Source: Candidatus Fermentibacterota bacterium (lineage in GTDB: Bacteria; JAFGKV01). Taken from it: DNA of 34,772 bases. Below, one piece after another: positions 1 through 8,579 of the stretch. Position numbers and translations under genes: made by a program. Each line of letters starts with the position of its first letter. Position 1 is the first letter of the stretch. The notes beneath the pieces were generated by a model that worked only from the letters and a program-made list of their open reading frames with translations, was not told the DNA's origin and did no database searches. The stretch spans positions 1 to 34,772 of the forward strand of contig JAFGKV010000245.1 of assembly GCA_016928395.1 (NCBI GenBank), written 5' to 3'.

Positions 1-14
1 CCACACTTTCCCCG

Positions 15-96
15 GTCATTGCCCGACTCGTTCGGGCAATCCAGGCCGGAGGATACCGACCGAGTTCTGGATCACCCGATCACGCCGGGTGATGGC
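15..96. repeat. REP/RPE-like cruciform palindromic element (two hairpins in inverted arrangement)
   Basis: GTC-ATTGCCCGA(18-26)/TCGGGCAAT(32-40)-CCAG(41-44) ... CTGG(67-70)-ATCACCCG(71-78)/CGGGTGAT(86-93)-GGC. This is the GTCAT...CCAG / CTGG...ATGAC architecture of dispersed palindromic repeats. Confidence 0.7.
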
Positions 97-113
97 ATTC
101 GTCTTTCTCGTTT

Positions 114-278
114 GCGGGGTCGATCCCTTGGACTGCCTCACGAGGTCGAACCACCACTCTGCGGCAGGGTGGGCCCGGTGGGCGGCCAGCACCGTTGGAG
201 ATGGGTGCGCGTCAACTGAAGGTACAGGTTAGCTCTCAGTTCGAAGATGCGCGGGCAGTCCCGAGGATTCAGGCTCGC
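114..278 (+). other. Candidate structured RNA or MITE-like element with a long closing stem
   Basis: ATCCCTTGGACTGCC (123-137) pairs with GGCAGTCCCGAGGAT (254-268). TCGAAC (146-151) pairs with GTTCGA (239-244). Internal hairpins CCACTCTG/CAGGGTGG and AACTGA/TCAGTT. Mismatches resolve as G-U on the + strand. Confidence 0.35.
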
Positions 279-480
279 CTCCTGTGCTTCTTCACCTCTC
301 TGCTCCTTCACTCGGTCGATCGATTGACGCCTTCCTGATGTCCCCAGAACGAACAGCCCATGCGACAACACCCCCCTTATGTTCCCCACACGGTGCAGGG
401 TGGGTCCCGTTGAGATCTATCGACTTACCAGGAAGCCATGGCCGAGACCTGTCGTGATTTTGTCGGATAACACGCGAAGT

Positions 481-804
481 TCGGACGTGAATGCCCCGGA
501 GACTCGCGCCGCTTCGCTCGACTCTTCGACTCATCACGACGATGCCGGCCCCGAAGAGCATGGAGAAGATCGCAAGGAACATCATGTCAACGGAAATGTA
601 TGATATCAGCCACACGGCCAGATTGATCCCCGTCAGGTTGATGGACGCAGTTGGATCGTAGCACGCGGAATCGATCATGGCCAAGGACTGGATGTTCATC
701 ACCGGAATCACGAGGACCGCACGACCCCGCAGAGTATCCGGCGCCTCGATGCGACCCGCGCCTGGGGCGGTCGCTACGCGCCATGGCTGTCTCTCGTCCT
801 CCAT
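481..804 (-). pseudogene. Truncated, degenerate DUF418 (YeiB-like) membrane protein, N-terminal fragment
   Basis: RIEAPDTLRGRAVLVIPVMNIQSLAM...NLTGINLAVWLISY...FLAIFSMLFGAGIVVM matches the DUF418 N-terminus (RIxxxDxLRGxAxxGIxxMNI...FSMLFGAG). Similarity stops after ~105 aa, whereas intact proteins are ~400 aa, and conserved positions are substituted. Confidence 0.7.
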
Positions 805-1011
805 TCTGGCATCTGGGGCCATGTCTTGTCCATCTGATCAGTGAACTTGCCACGACGTTGCGCGGTAGTAGTCACACCACCTATCGAACATCACCGTCTG
901 AGCTTCGACTTCGGCACCGGGCCAACCACATGATCCTCCTTCTGGACCTCTGGCGTTGTTCTCAGCGAGGGATCTGCACCGAGGTTCGCCTCCCGGTACC
1001 GATCCGGGCGG

Positions 1012-4000
1012 CTATGGGGATCGGTCGAAGACGGTGCGAGCATCCATGAGGACGGCGCCCTCCGGGACCCCTGGCGCTGAGGCGGCGGGGGGATACCCCG
1101 ATGGCACATAGCCCTCCGCGCCAATGATGGTCGCGCACCACTCCCGCGCCATGAGCGAATAGCCCAACCCATTTGGGTGGATCCCATCTAGCGACAGTAC
1201 ATTGAAGAGCCGGTTTCGGAACTGGTTGGGCGGGAGAGGCGGGCCCATGGCCTGGGCCGTCTCGTACAGCACCGTGTAGTGATCGGCGAGAGGGATCGAC
1301 TCAGCCTGGGCGTATGCCCCGATGGCCTGGTTCAGCGCGATGACCCGGCTGTTGGCCGCGGGATCAACCCAGTTCTCATAGCCGCACTCTTCCGGAGGGA
1401 TCCGGGGCGGCACCGTGCCGAGGATGACGATCATGTTGCGGGCTCTGGCTTCCGAGACCATGGCCGCCAGGTTGGCCACGGTCTCAGAGGGGCTGATTGC
1501 GTCCTTGGCGTCAATGGTGCCAAAGAGCAGCAGTAGATAGCCCGCATTCGCACCCTCCAGCAGTGGTGCTATCTCTTCCAGGCCCATGGCGCTGGATCCA
1601 GCGGGAACGTACTCGTAGTCAACTGCCACCGTGGTGAGGAGAAACTGCGTCAAGGCCGACTCGAGCTCCCCCACATAGCCCTCGCTCATCCAGATCCAGA
1701 TGGTGGTGCCGTTGCCTGAAGGTATCCCCTGAGCTCCCGCGGTGATGCTGTCGCCAAAGCCTAGCAGTCGGTGGGGGTCTCGAGATCCGATGTCCGGAAG
1801 GCGGAACGTAGCGACCGAAGACCACGGCCCCCACAACAGCCCGTCGAACGCCCGGGCGCGCCAGTAGCGCGTTCCTCCGCTGAGGTTCATCTCCGGTGCT
1901 ACTATCCAGAGTACCGTGCCCGCGACCTCCGCCAGCGGCGGACTTTGCGCGACCCGCTGGGCTAGCAGCGCGTCGGCATAGACCTCCACGCTGTAGAGCA
2001 GTTCATCCCCGTTGGGATCGACGGCGCCAGTCATGGTCAGAGGAGGCTTCCCCACCGTGACGGGGGTCCCCCCATCCGGCTGCAGCGCGTTGGGTGCGGT
2101 GGGGACAGCATCTCGTACGACGTGCCGATCCTCTCGGGCCGTCCACCCCGCCCTGTCCGTCGCCATTACCGTGATGGTAGTCCACCCTTGGGGCAGACTC
2201 ACCACCCCGTTGAACGCTCCCGCCCCGTCGACGCTTACCGGTGAACCCTGGATGGTCACATTGGAGCCTATCTCCGTAGTACCCATCACCATCACGCTGC
2301 TGTTCTCGGTAATCAGGCTGTCCGGCGGGCCCGTAAGTGATATGAACGGCGGCATCGTGTCCAGAGAGAGGGGCAGCCGGATGAGTGTGGTGTTTCCTGG
2401 CCCATCCCGCGCCGCCACCACCAGCGTATCGGGCCCTTCAGCCAGAAACGCCACGGCCATGAAGGACATGCCTTCCACGCTGGCCTCGACCCCGTCTACG
2501 GTTACTGCGGCTCCGGGTTCCGTTTCTCCGGAAACCATGACCGGATTCGCGGAGAACAGCTCTCCTGGTTCTGGCGCCGTGATCGTCAGGGCCGGGGCAA
2601 TCCTATCCATGATGAACACATGCGGCGTTCCAGGATTGCTGGCGTGACCGGCGCTATCAACCGCAGTTCCGTGGACCACCACAGCACCGTCGACATCCGG
2701 TGCACCAATGGTCATCGCCCAGGCCCCCGATGCGTCAGTAAGGGCCTGCCCCATCTCCTCTTCCCCGGAATATACAGTGACCGTCGCCCCGGGCTCGGCT
2801 GCACCCGCAACCGGGATCAGCGACACTGCCAGGACTGCGCTGTCCGGAGGCTGGAGAATGACGGGAGATGGAGGTGGGGTCAGATCCACCGAGATCCCGA
2901 CCGAATCACCCCGCACCCACCCCTGGCCGGGCGCCGAGGCCCCGCGCACGCTGATCGTGTGCGCCCCATCAGGCCTGGGCGTGGGCATCGTTACCCCAAA
3001 CAGGTCGCCCGTCACGAATCCCTCCGCAGCATTCCCGTCGATCAGGATCTCCACCCACGATCCGCTTTGCCCGCCGCCCGAGACCATGAGTGTCTCCTCG
3101 ATGACCAGCGCACCCTCCAGAGGTTCGTTTAGACACGGTGCCGCTGGCGCCGCGGCATCGATCACGACCGAGCGCTCAGAAGACTCCGCGCCGGTGTTCC
3201 CTGCGCCGTCGGTGGCCCGCGCGCTCAGCCGGTAGATGCCGTCGCCCGGCAGAACCAGCCCCGCCGAGAATGCCCCTGCGCTATCTGCCGTCAGTGCCAC
3301 ACGCCACTCCCCGTCGACCGCCACCTCCACCTGCGCATCTGCCTCCGTGGCCCCCTCCACCGTGATCTCCGGGTGCCGGTACAACTCGTTCTGCCCGGGC
3401 CGGATTATCACCGGCGCCGACGGTGCCGTCCGGTCAACCCACAGGCGAATGGCGTCCTCCGCAACGTTTCCTTCGGTATGAAGCGACACGATCCCTACTA
3501 TGTGAGGCCCCTCATCCACCAAAGCAGCCGGCCCAAGGGAGAAGGCTCCGCCGGAGGGGAAGGCCCGATGCCCCGTGTCACCCCCGTCCACGAACAATGC
3601 AAGGGAGTCGGTTGCTGCGGCGCGCCCCTGCACCAGCACCTCGCGGGCGTTTACCACGGTATCGGCGGCCGGTGACTCAACCGTCTCCACCATGGGCCTC
3701 TGACCGCCGCCCAGCATGACCGTGATGCTCTCGCTCTCGGCTGTATAGCCTCCCCACTCAGTTACTCCCCGAACCCACAGTTGCACCCACCCGCTTCCCG
3801 ATGGGTCCAAGGTTGGCAGAATGAACCCGCCATCACGCACCGGCACCATGGCACTCAACGCCCCATCTCTGTAGATTTCCACTTCAGTTACACCCAACGG
3901 CGCCCGCCCTGCCACCGGCACGGCACCCGCCGGTATTGCCACACCGTGCACCGGAAACAGCACTACAGGCGTGGCAAGATCCTCATAGCTCATGGTCAGC

Positions 4001-4323
4001 ACCACCGGCGCGCTGACCCGCGACGTATCCTGCACCATTCTCGCCCAGATCACCCGGCCTCCCTGGCCTCCCAGGGGCACATCGAGCGCCTCGAACTCCC
4101 CTGCCTCAGTGCTGTGTGCCAGCACGGGACTCGCTTCGCTGTCCACGAACACCTCAAGCGCCTGGTCAGGCTCCGCATTTCCACGCACCGTTATCTTCAG
4201 ACGACTCGAGACGCTCCCAGAGCGTGGCGACGTGATGACCGGTACGGTGCGCGCCGGCGGCGTTACTTCCTCGCCACACCCGGCCCACAACAGAGGCAGC
4301 ACACACAGGACTATTCGTTTCAT
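1012..4323 (-). CDS. Large surface lipoprotein: ~8 bacterial Ig-like repeats + FnIII-like domain + C-terminal SGNH/GDSL hydrolase
   Basis: Start ATG 4323 after GGAGAG; signal peptide with lipobox MKRIVLCVLPLLWAG-C. Repeated D-x-x-(A/P)-P...V-x-G-x-(A/T)-E-(P/A) modules; YWRARAFDG...GPWS FnIII-like motif; FGDSIT and DGIHPN SGNH blocks. Confidence 0.85.
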   Translation of the reverse strand: MKRIVLCVLPLLWAGCGEEVTPPARTVPVITSPRSGSVSSRLKITVRGNAEPDQALEVFVDSEASPVLAHSTEAGEFEALDVPLGGQGGRVIWARMVQDTSRVSAPVVLTMSYEDLATPVVLFPVHGVAIPAGAVPVAGRAPLGVTEVEIYRDGALSAMVPVRDGGFILPTLDPSGSGWVQLWVRGVTEWGGYTAESESITVMLGGGQRPMVETVESPAADTVVNAREVLVQGRAAATDSLALFVDGGDTGHRAFPSGGAFSLGPAALVDEGPHIVGIVSLHTEGNVAEDAIRLWVDRTAPSAPVIIRPGQNELYRHPEITVEGATEADAQVEVAVDGEWRVALTADSAGAFSAGLVLPGDGIYRLSARATDGAGNTGAESSERSVVIDAAAPAAPCLNEPLEGALVIEETLMVSGGGQSGSWVEILIDGNAAEGFVTGDLFGVTMPTPRPDGAHTISVRGASAPGQGWVRGDSVGISVDLTPPPSPVILQPPDSAVLAVSLIPVAGAAEPGATVTVYSGEEEMGQALTDASGAWAMTIGAPDVDGAVVVHGTAVDSAGHASNPGTPHVFIMDRIAPALTITAPEPGELFSANPVMVSGETEPGAAVTVDGVEASVEGMSFMAVAFLAEGPDTLVVAARDGPGNTTLIRLPLSLDTMPPFISLTGPPDSLITENSSVMVMGTTEIGSNVTIQGSPVSVDGAGAFNGVVSLPQGWTTITVMATDRAGWTAREDRHVVRDAVPTAPNALQPDGGTPVTVGKPPLTMTGAVDPNGDELLYSVEVYADALLAQRVAQSPPLAEVAGTVLWIVAPEMNLSGGTRYWRARAFDGLLWGPWSSVATFRLPDIGSRDPHRLLGFGDSITAGAQGIPSGNGTTIWIWMSEGYVGELESALTQFLLTTVAVDYEYVPAGSSAMGLEEIAPLLEGANAGYLLLLFGTIDAKDAISPSETVANLAAMVSEARARNMIVILGTVPPRIPPEECGYENWVDPAANSRVIALNQAIGAYAQAESIPLADHYTVLYETAQAMGPPLPPNQFRNRLFNVLSLDGIHPNGLGYSLMAREWCATIIGAEGYVPSGYPPAASAPGVPEGAVLMDARTVFDRSP

Positions 4324-4987
4324 CAGGTTCTCTCCAGGGATACGCGCGGTGTGACGATGCGACACTCGGTCTCCCCTCTGAAACCCCGCACTCTATCCGG
4401 CACGTTCCCGCAACCCGGTTACCCCGCCAGTGCTCCGTGCGCCTTCACCCTCACCGGAGTACATCAGCCCGGTCAGGTTTATGGCAGGCGCGGCCGTGCC
4501 GGCGGGGACGAAGATCTGATCCCACATCGCGATATCGCATGGCCTCCCGAAAGCTCAATGGGAGAAATTGGGGACACGCCCCACACTCAACCCAGACAGC
4601 CTCCCGGCCTCCTGGGCCCGCCACAGAGTTGTCTCGACTGCCGTCCATCGCCCGCCTGAACCGTGGGGGAGCGGCTCCATTCCTGGATCTTCTCCGCTCC
4701 GAGCATTACCTTCACCCCGAGGCAGTGATGGAGTCGACCGGATCGTTCGCACGCCTCTTTGGAGAGGGAGCCGCGCACCTGTCCGTGAGACACGCCACGA
4801 GCCACGGGTCGTCGGGGGAGGGCCGGATGGATCGGTCGGACTCGCCGGAGAGGCCGGATACGCCGGTGCCTGCTCCTTCCACCATAGTATGGCGTACAAC
4901 GGTCGCAGAGCATTGTTCAGGGGAGCACGCACTCGGCGAAGCTGAAGAACACTGAGGTTGAGCTTACCAGCTCGCGAGGTCGAACAG

Positions 4988-6151
4988 ATGAGATCATGCG
5001 CCTGTGTTCTGCTGCTCGGCACGGTTCTTCTTGGACCGCACGAGCTCTGTGCCGGGCATGACCGTCCAGATGCTCAGGACTTCCCAAAGCCTCTTGGAAG
5101 GGTCATCGATACCGAGGAGAACGGGCGTTACCACCTCTTCGAAATCGAGAGCTTCAGCGCGGCACGGGTATACGGGAACGTACTTTCGGGATATCAGCTT
5201 CACGTCCTGCGCACCAGGGAGTCCGGCGTGGCCATTGCGGAGGTTGGGCTCTCGCCGTCGCGCTACGAACGGCTCCAGGAGCACATCAAGGCCCGGGTCC
5301 GTGCCGTTGGCCGGGGCGAGCCGTCTCCAACGGCGCCCGTGCAGGAGATCAGCGACGAATCATGGAGGGTGGTGGAGGGAGCGGTGATGGTCCAACGTCG
5401 CGGCGAGCCTTCAGTGGAAGGGGTTCTCATCGAGGCAAGGGTTGATACTCTTCACGTGCGCCGTGCCGACGACACCATCGAACGCATCCCTTATGACCGG
5501 GTTGCCTGGATTGAATGCGCGGCGTCAGGACCGGCGACTTGGAAGCCATCCATTCCGGATCGCCACGACTGCCGGCTCTTCTTTGCGCCGACCGGGAGGA
5601 TGCTCCGCAAAGGAGAGGGCGCCTTCACCGGGTACTTTATCTTCCTCCCGACTGCCTGGGTAGGGGTCAGCGACCGCCTCATGGTGGGAGGCGGAGTAGC
5701 CGTGAGCCCTGCTGCCATCAGTTTCGGGAGTGTCTACGGAGGCGCGAAGGCGGGAGCTCGTGTTCATGGCGCTCTCCATCTCTCGCTCACCACGATCTAC
5801 CACAGATCGTTCTCCGCCGACGAAGGCACCTTGGTCGCGTTTGGGGCGGCCAGCTTTGGAGATCGCGGCAAGGCGCTCACCATCGGGACCCCGGTAGCCG
5901 TCGGCAGAGGCGCGAAGTACATCCCCCCCATGTTCATCGGTGGCGACATCCAGGTGGCGAAGGGCGTCAAGTTTGTTTCCGAGAATTGGTTCCTGAGCAC
6001 TGGAGACAAGAAGATCTACCGTCTGTTCCTGGCGGGTTTCCGGTTTCACAGGCAGCGCGATGCGGTGGACCTCGGCTTCGCGTCCTTCGATGACCTGGGA
6101 CAATGGCATCCTCTTCCGTGGCTGTCGGTATCGTTCTCGTGGGATTGGTGA
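4988..6151 (+). CDS. Secreted hypothetical protein, probable outer-membrane beta-barrel C-terminal domain
   Basis: Hydrophobic N-terminal signal-like segment (MRSCACVLLLGTVLLG). The C-terminal half has alternating amphipathic Gly/aromatic-rich strands after RLFFAPTGRML and ends in an aromatic residue (SVSFSWDW). Confidence 0.6.
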   Translation: MRSCACVLLLGTVLLGPHELCAGHDRPDAQDFPKPLGRVIDTEENGRYHLFEIESFSAARVYGNVLSGYQLHVLRTRESGVAIAEVGLSPSRYERLQEHIKARVRAVGRGEPSPTAPVQEISDESWRVVEGAVMVQRRGEPSVEGVLIEARVDTLHVRRADDTIERIPYDRVAWIECAASGPATWKPSIPDRHDCRLFFAPTGRMLRKGEGAFTGYFIFLPTAWVGVSDRLMVGGGVAVSPAAISFGSVYGGAKAGARVHGALHLSLTTIYHRSFSADEGTLVAFGAASFGDRGKALTIGTPVAVGRGAKYIPPMFIGGDIQVAKGVKFVSENWFLSTGDKKIYRLFLAGFRFHRQRDAVDLGFASFDDLGQWHPLPWLSVSFSWDW

Positions 6152-6231
6152 GGCGAGAGCAGAGGCAGTCGAGTCCAACCTCTACCGGTCTACCTGCCCC
6201 GACCGCGAGGAGGGGACCGGCGGATCGTCAC

Positions 6232-6293
6232 GTGAAGGTGAAGAAGGGCAAAGAAGTGAAGAAGTGAAGAGGTGAAGACTACAGAAAGTGAAG
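6232..6293 (+). repeat. Degenerate purine-rich octamer tandem repeat (GTGAAGAR)
   Basis: GTGAAG at 6232, 6238, 6256, 6264, 6272 and 6288; five of the six copies lie in the same 8-nt phase. Intergenic between convergent genes. Confidence 0.7.
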
Positions 6294-6474
6294 GTGGGTC
6301 GAGCTGAGAGATGGCCTCGTCCAATCGTGGTACTGAGGCGTGTTGCGGCCCGGAGGCCTGTCGCGGGCATGACGTGCGAGGGAGGCTCTCTCGGACAGAC
6401 ACCCTTGTCCCCGCTTGTATGATGTGACGGAGTCGCGGTTGGTTCCCATAGAGCATGCCGCCGGTCTCGGTGAA

Positions 6475-6948
6475 TCAGCACAACTCAGCCGCCGGGAGGC
6501 CGGTGACCTTCTCCCAGACACGAGAGTCCGCGAGATAGTAGGTGATTCTCGCCCGGGCATGCTCAACGGTGTAGACCAGGAGCCGTGCCTCCACGGTCAC
6601 TAACTTCCTTCGCGTCTCTATCACCCGGGCGCGCAACTCCAAAGTGGCCGGAATCCGCACTGCCTTCAGGAGCTCGATATCCAGACGCGTGGTGAATGCC
6701 GGGGCCTCTAGCTTCTGATGCACTGCCCAGTAGCCGACCTCGTCCAGCAACGTGGCCTGAATGCCCCCGTGGAGCACGCCGGGGTAGCCGCAATGCTCCG
6801 GCGCAGGGCTCACCAACGCATAGACCTCGCTGGCTTCCTCGTCGTGCACGAACTGCATGTGTAGGCCATAGGGATTCCGCGGGCTGCATCCGAAGCAGTT
6901 GTAGCCCTCGATGCGAAGGTAGGGGTTTTCCATCGGTCTTGATGCCAT
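6475..6948 (-). CDS. PaaI-family hotdog-fold acyl-CoA thioesterase
   Basis: CFGCSPRNPYGL and GYPGVLHGGIQATLLDE motifs; GGAGG SD upstream. Confidence 0.9.
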   Translation of the reverse strand: MASRPMENPYLRIEGYNCFGCSPRNPYGLHMQFVHDEEASEVYALVSPAPEHCGYPGVLHGGIQATLLDEVGYWAVHQKLEAPAFTTRLDIELLKAVRIPATLELRARVIETRRKLVTVEARLLVYTVEHARARITYYLADSRVWEKVTGLPAAELC

Positions 6949-6990
6949 GGGCGCCTCCAGGGTTGGGCGTTCTCCGATAGGAACGCAAGG

Positions 6991-7641
6991 TCAGGGTTCA
7001 GTGGCACGGGTGAGTCGCGGCCACACGGCCTGGAACCATTTCTCGGCCAGCAGGCGGTCTCCTGAAGCCGTGGGGTGCACGCCGTCGCTGCGGGCGCCGG
7101 GTGAACCTTCGAACACCGTCTCAAGGTCGCACAGGACGGCGCCGCGGGTGTGCGCAACCTGGCGAATGGACGGATTGATGAGGGAGGCCAGGATGGCCGG
7201 AGCGTCGGCCCGCAGTGCAGGGTGGCGCCCGGGAATGGGCACCGTGCACAGGATTGCGGAAGCCTCGGGCCATTGAACCGCAATTTCGTCAAGGCATCGA
7301 TACAGTGATGCGGCGATTGTCTCTTTCGTGGGTGCACATTCGCGCCTGGCGTCATTGCCGCCCGCCAGGATGATGACCGCCGCCACGGACCCGGGCAACT
7401 CCTGGCGGCCGCAGCGCTCCACGAGGGCACACAGGTGCCGGGCCGCCGTTCCGCCCCGCGCTGCCCTCACAACCCCCACATCGGCGCCGACTCCACGTAG
7501 CATGTGCCGGAGCATGGAGGGCGCACGGCCCGTGCACAGGCTGTCGCCTGCCACCACGAGCCAGCGCCGTGCCGAAGGCCGTGGTTCGCGCATCGCTGCC
7601 AGGCGGGCCAGGAGCTTGTCCACCCGGCGCGCGATGCTCAT
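6991..7641 (-). CDS. SGNH/GDSL hydrolase (esterase/acyltransferase)
   Basis: Blocks GDSL, RGG, GGND and DGVHP all present; ATGA overlap with the upstream gene; no clear signal peptide. Confidence 0.85.
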   Translation of the reverse strand: MSIARRVDKLLARLAAMREPRPSARRWLVVAGDSLCTGRAPSMLRHMLRGVGADVGVVRAARGGTAARHLCALVERCGRQELPGSVAAVIILAGGNDARRECAPTKETIAASLYRCLDEIAVQWPEASAILCTVPIPGRHPALRADAPAILASLINPSIRQVAHTRGAVLCDLETVFEGSPGARSDGVHPTASGDRLLAEKWFQAVWPRLTRATEP

Positions 7642-8579
7642 GCCCGTCGCCCCATGGACACCAAGAGCGCCAGCCCCACGCCTCCCAGGAGGATCTCCCA
7701 GCCCAGCACCAGCAGGTGCAACCCGAAGGCGGAGGACACCGCGTCCTGCGGACTGAAGCCCAACGCCGTGGTTGCCGCGACCCAGGCGGCCTCCCAGGTG
7801 CCGATGCCGGCCAGCCCCTGCACCGGCAGGGCTGTCGTGGCCTCAGCCGCCAAGGCCGCGGCTAGGAACTGAGCTGGAGCAAGGCGCGGCACGGGCATGG
7901 CTGACAGCAGAACATAGAGCCCGGCATATTTGGCCAGCCTGGTCAGAAACGAACAGGCGAGGACTGTGGCCAACAGACCGCCTCTGGCCAAGGCTGCAAC
8001 GGCGGAGGCGATTCCGGCCACGGCGTTCCCCACTCGACCCCTCCCGCACATCGTGGCCCCGAACCTTGCAGCGAGGATGGCTCCGGGGAGCGCCAGTACC
8101 ATGACCATTCCCATCAGCATGAGTACGGAGTGCATCGCCGTCATATCGGGGTTCGGCGACAGGACGCAGACCGCCAATACCAAGAGACCCAAGGCGGCGA
8201 ACTCCACAAGGGTGACGCCAGCCAGGACCCCGACTCCTTCCAGAACCCGTATGCCCCAGATCGTGCGCAGCGCCGCAGGTATGGCTGCCAGACCCGCCCT
8301 GGCCGGCACAAGATCCACCACCAGTGCCCGAAACCACATGAGGGGCACAAGACCGACGATGCCCACTCGACGCCCAAGCAGCAGATTGTACATGCACGCC
8401 CGCGCTGCGCTGGCTGCAAGCCAGAGCAGGGGAAAGATCATCGCGGTCGACCACCGCAGGCTTCTCCCGATGTCGAGGATCCCGGCCAGACCCGTCGATC
8501 CGATGAGCCAGCCGGTCAGCCCCAGCGTGAGGCAGCCGGCCAAAACGAGAGAGAGCGCTCGTCTGGCAGAGACGTTCAC
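7638..8579 (-). CDS. Lysylphosphatidylglycerol synthase TM / UPF0104 flippase-like membrane protein
   Basis: Multiple TM segments; VPARAG and LPVQGLAGIGTWEAAW motifs typical of the family; GTGA overlap with the upstream gene. Confidence 0.8.
   Translation of the reverse strand: MNVSARRALSLVLAGCLTLGLTGWLIGSTGLAGILDIGRSLRWSTAMIFPLLWLAASAARACMYNLLLGRRVGIVGLVPLMWFRALVVDLVPARAGLAAIPAALRTIWGIRVLEGVGVLAGVTLVEFAALGLLVLAVCVLSPNPDMTAMHSVLMLMGMVMVLALPGAILAARFGATMCGRGRVGNAVAGIASAVAALARGGLLATVLACSFLTRLAKYAGLYVLLSAMPVPRLAPAQFLAAALAAEATTALPVQGLAGIGTWEAAWVAATTALGFSPQDAVSSAFGLHLLVLGWEILLGGVGLALLVSMGRRA

Noticed and set aside
114-278. Firm call as 6S RNA, riboswitch, SRP RNA or tmRNA
   Set aside because: It lacks the long apical rod of 6S and the diagnostic motifs of the other families. 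Kept only as an unassigned candidate.
4437-5022. Overlapping 100-170 aa ORFs on both strands
   Set aside because: Pro/Arg/Ser-rich, no recognisable motifs or clear SD; typical GC-rich spurious ORFs.
6232-6293. CRISPR array
   Set aside because: The repeat unit is 8 nt with no unique spacers, and no cas genes are present.
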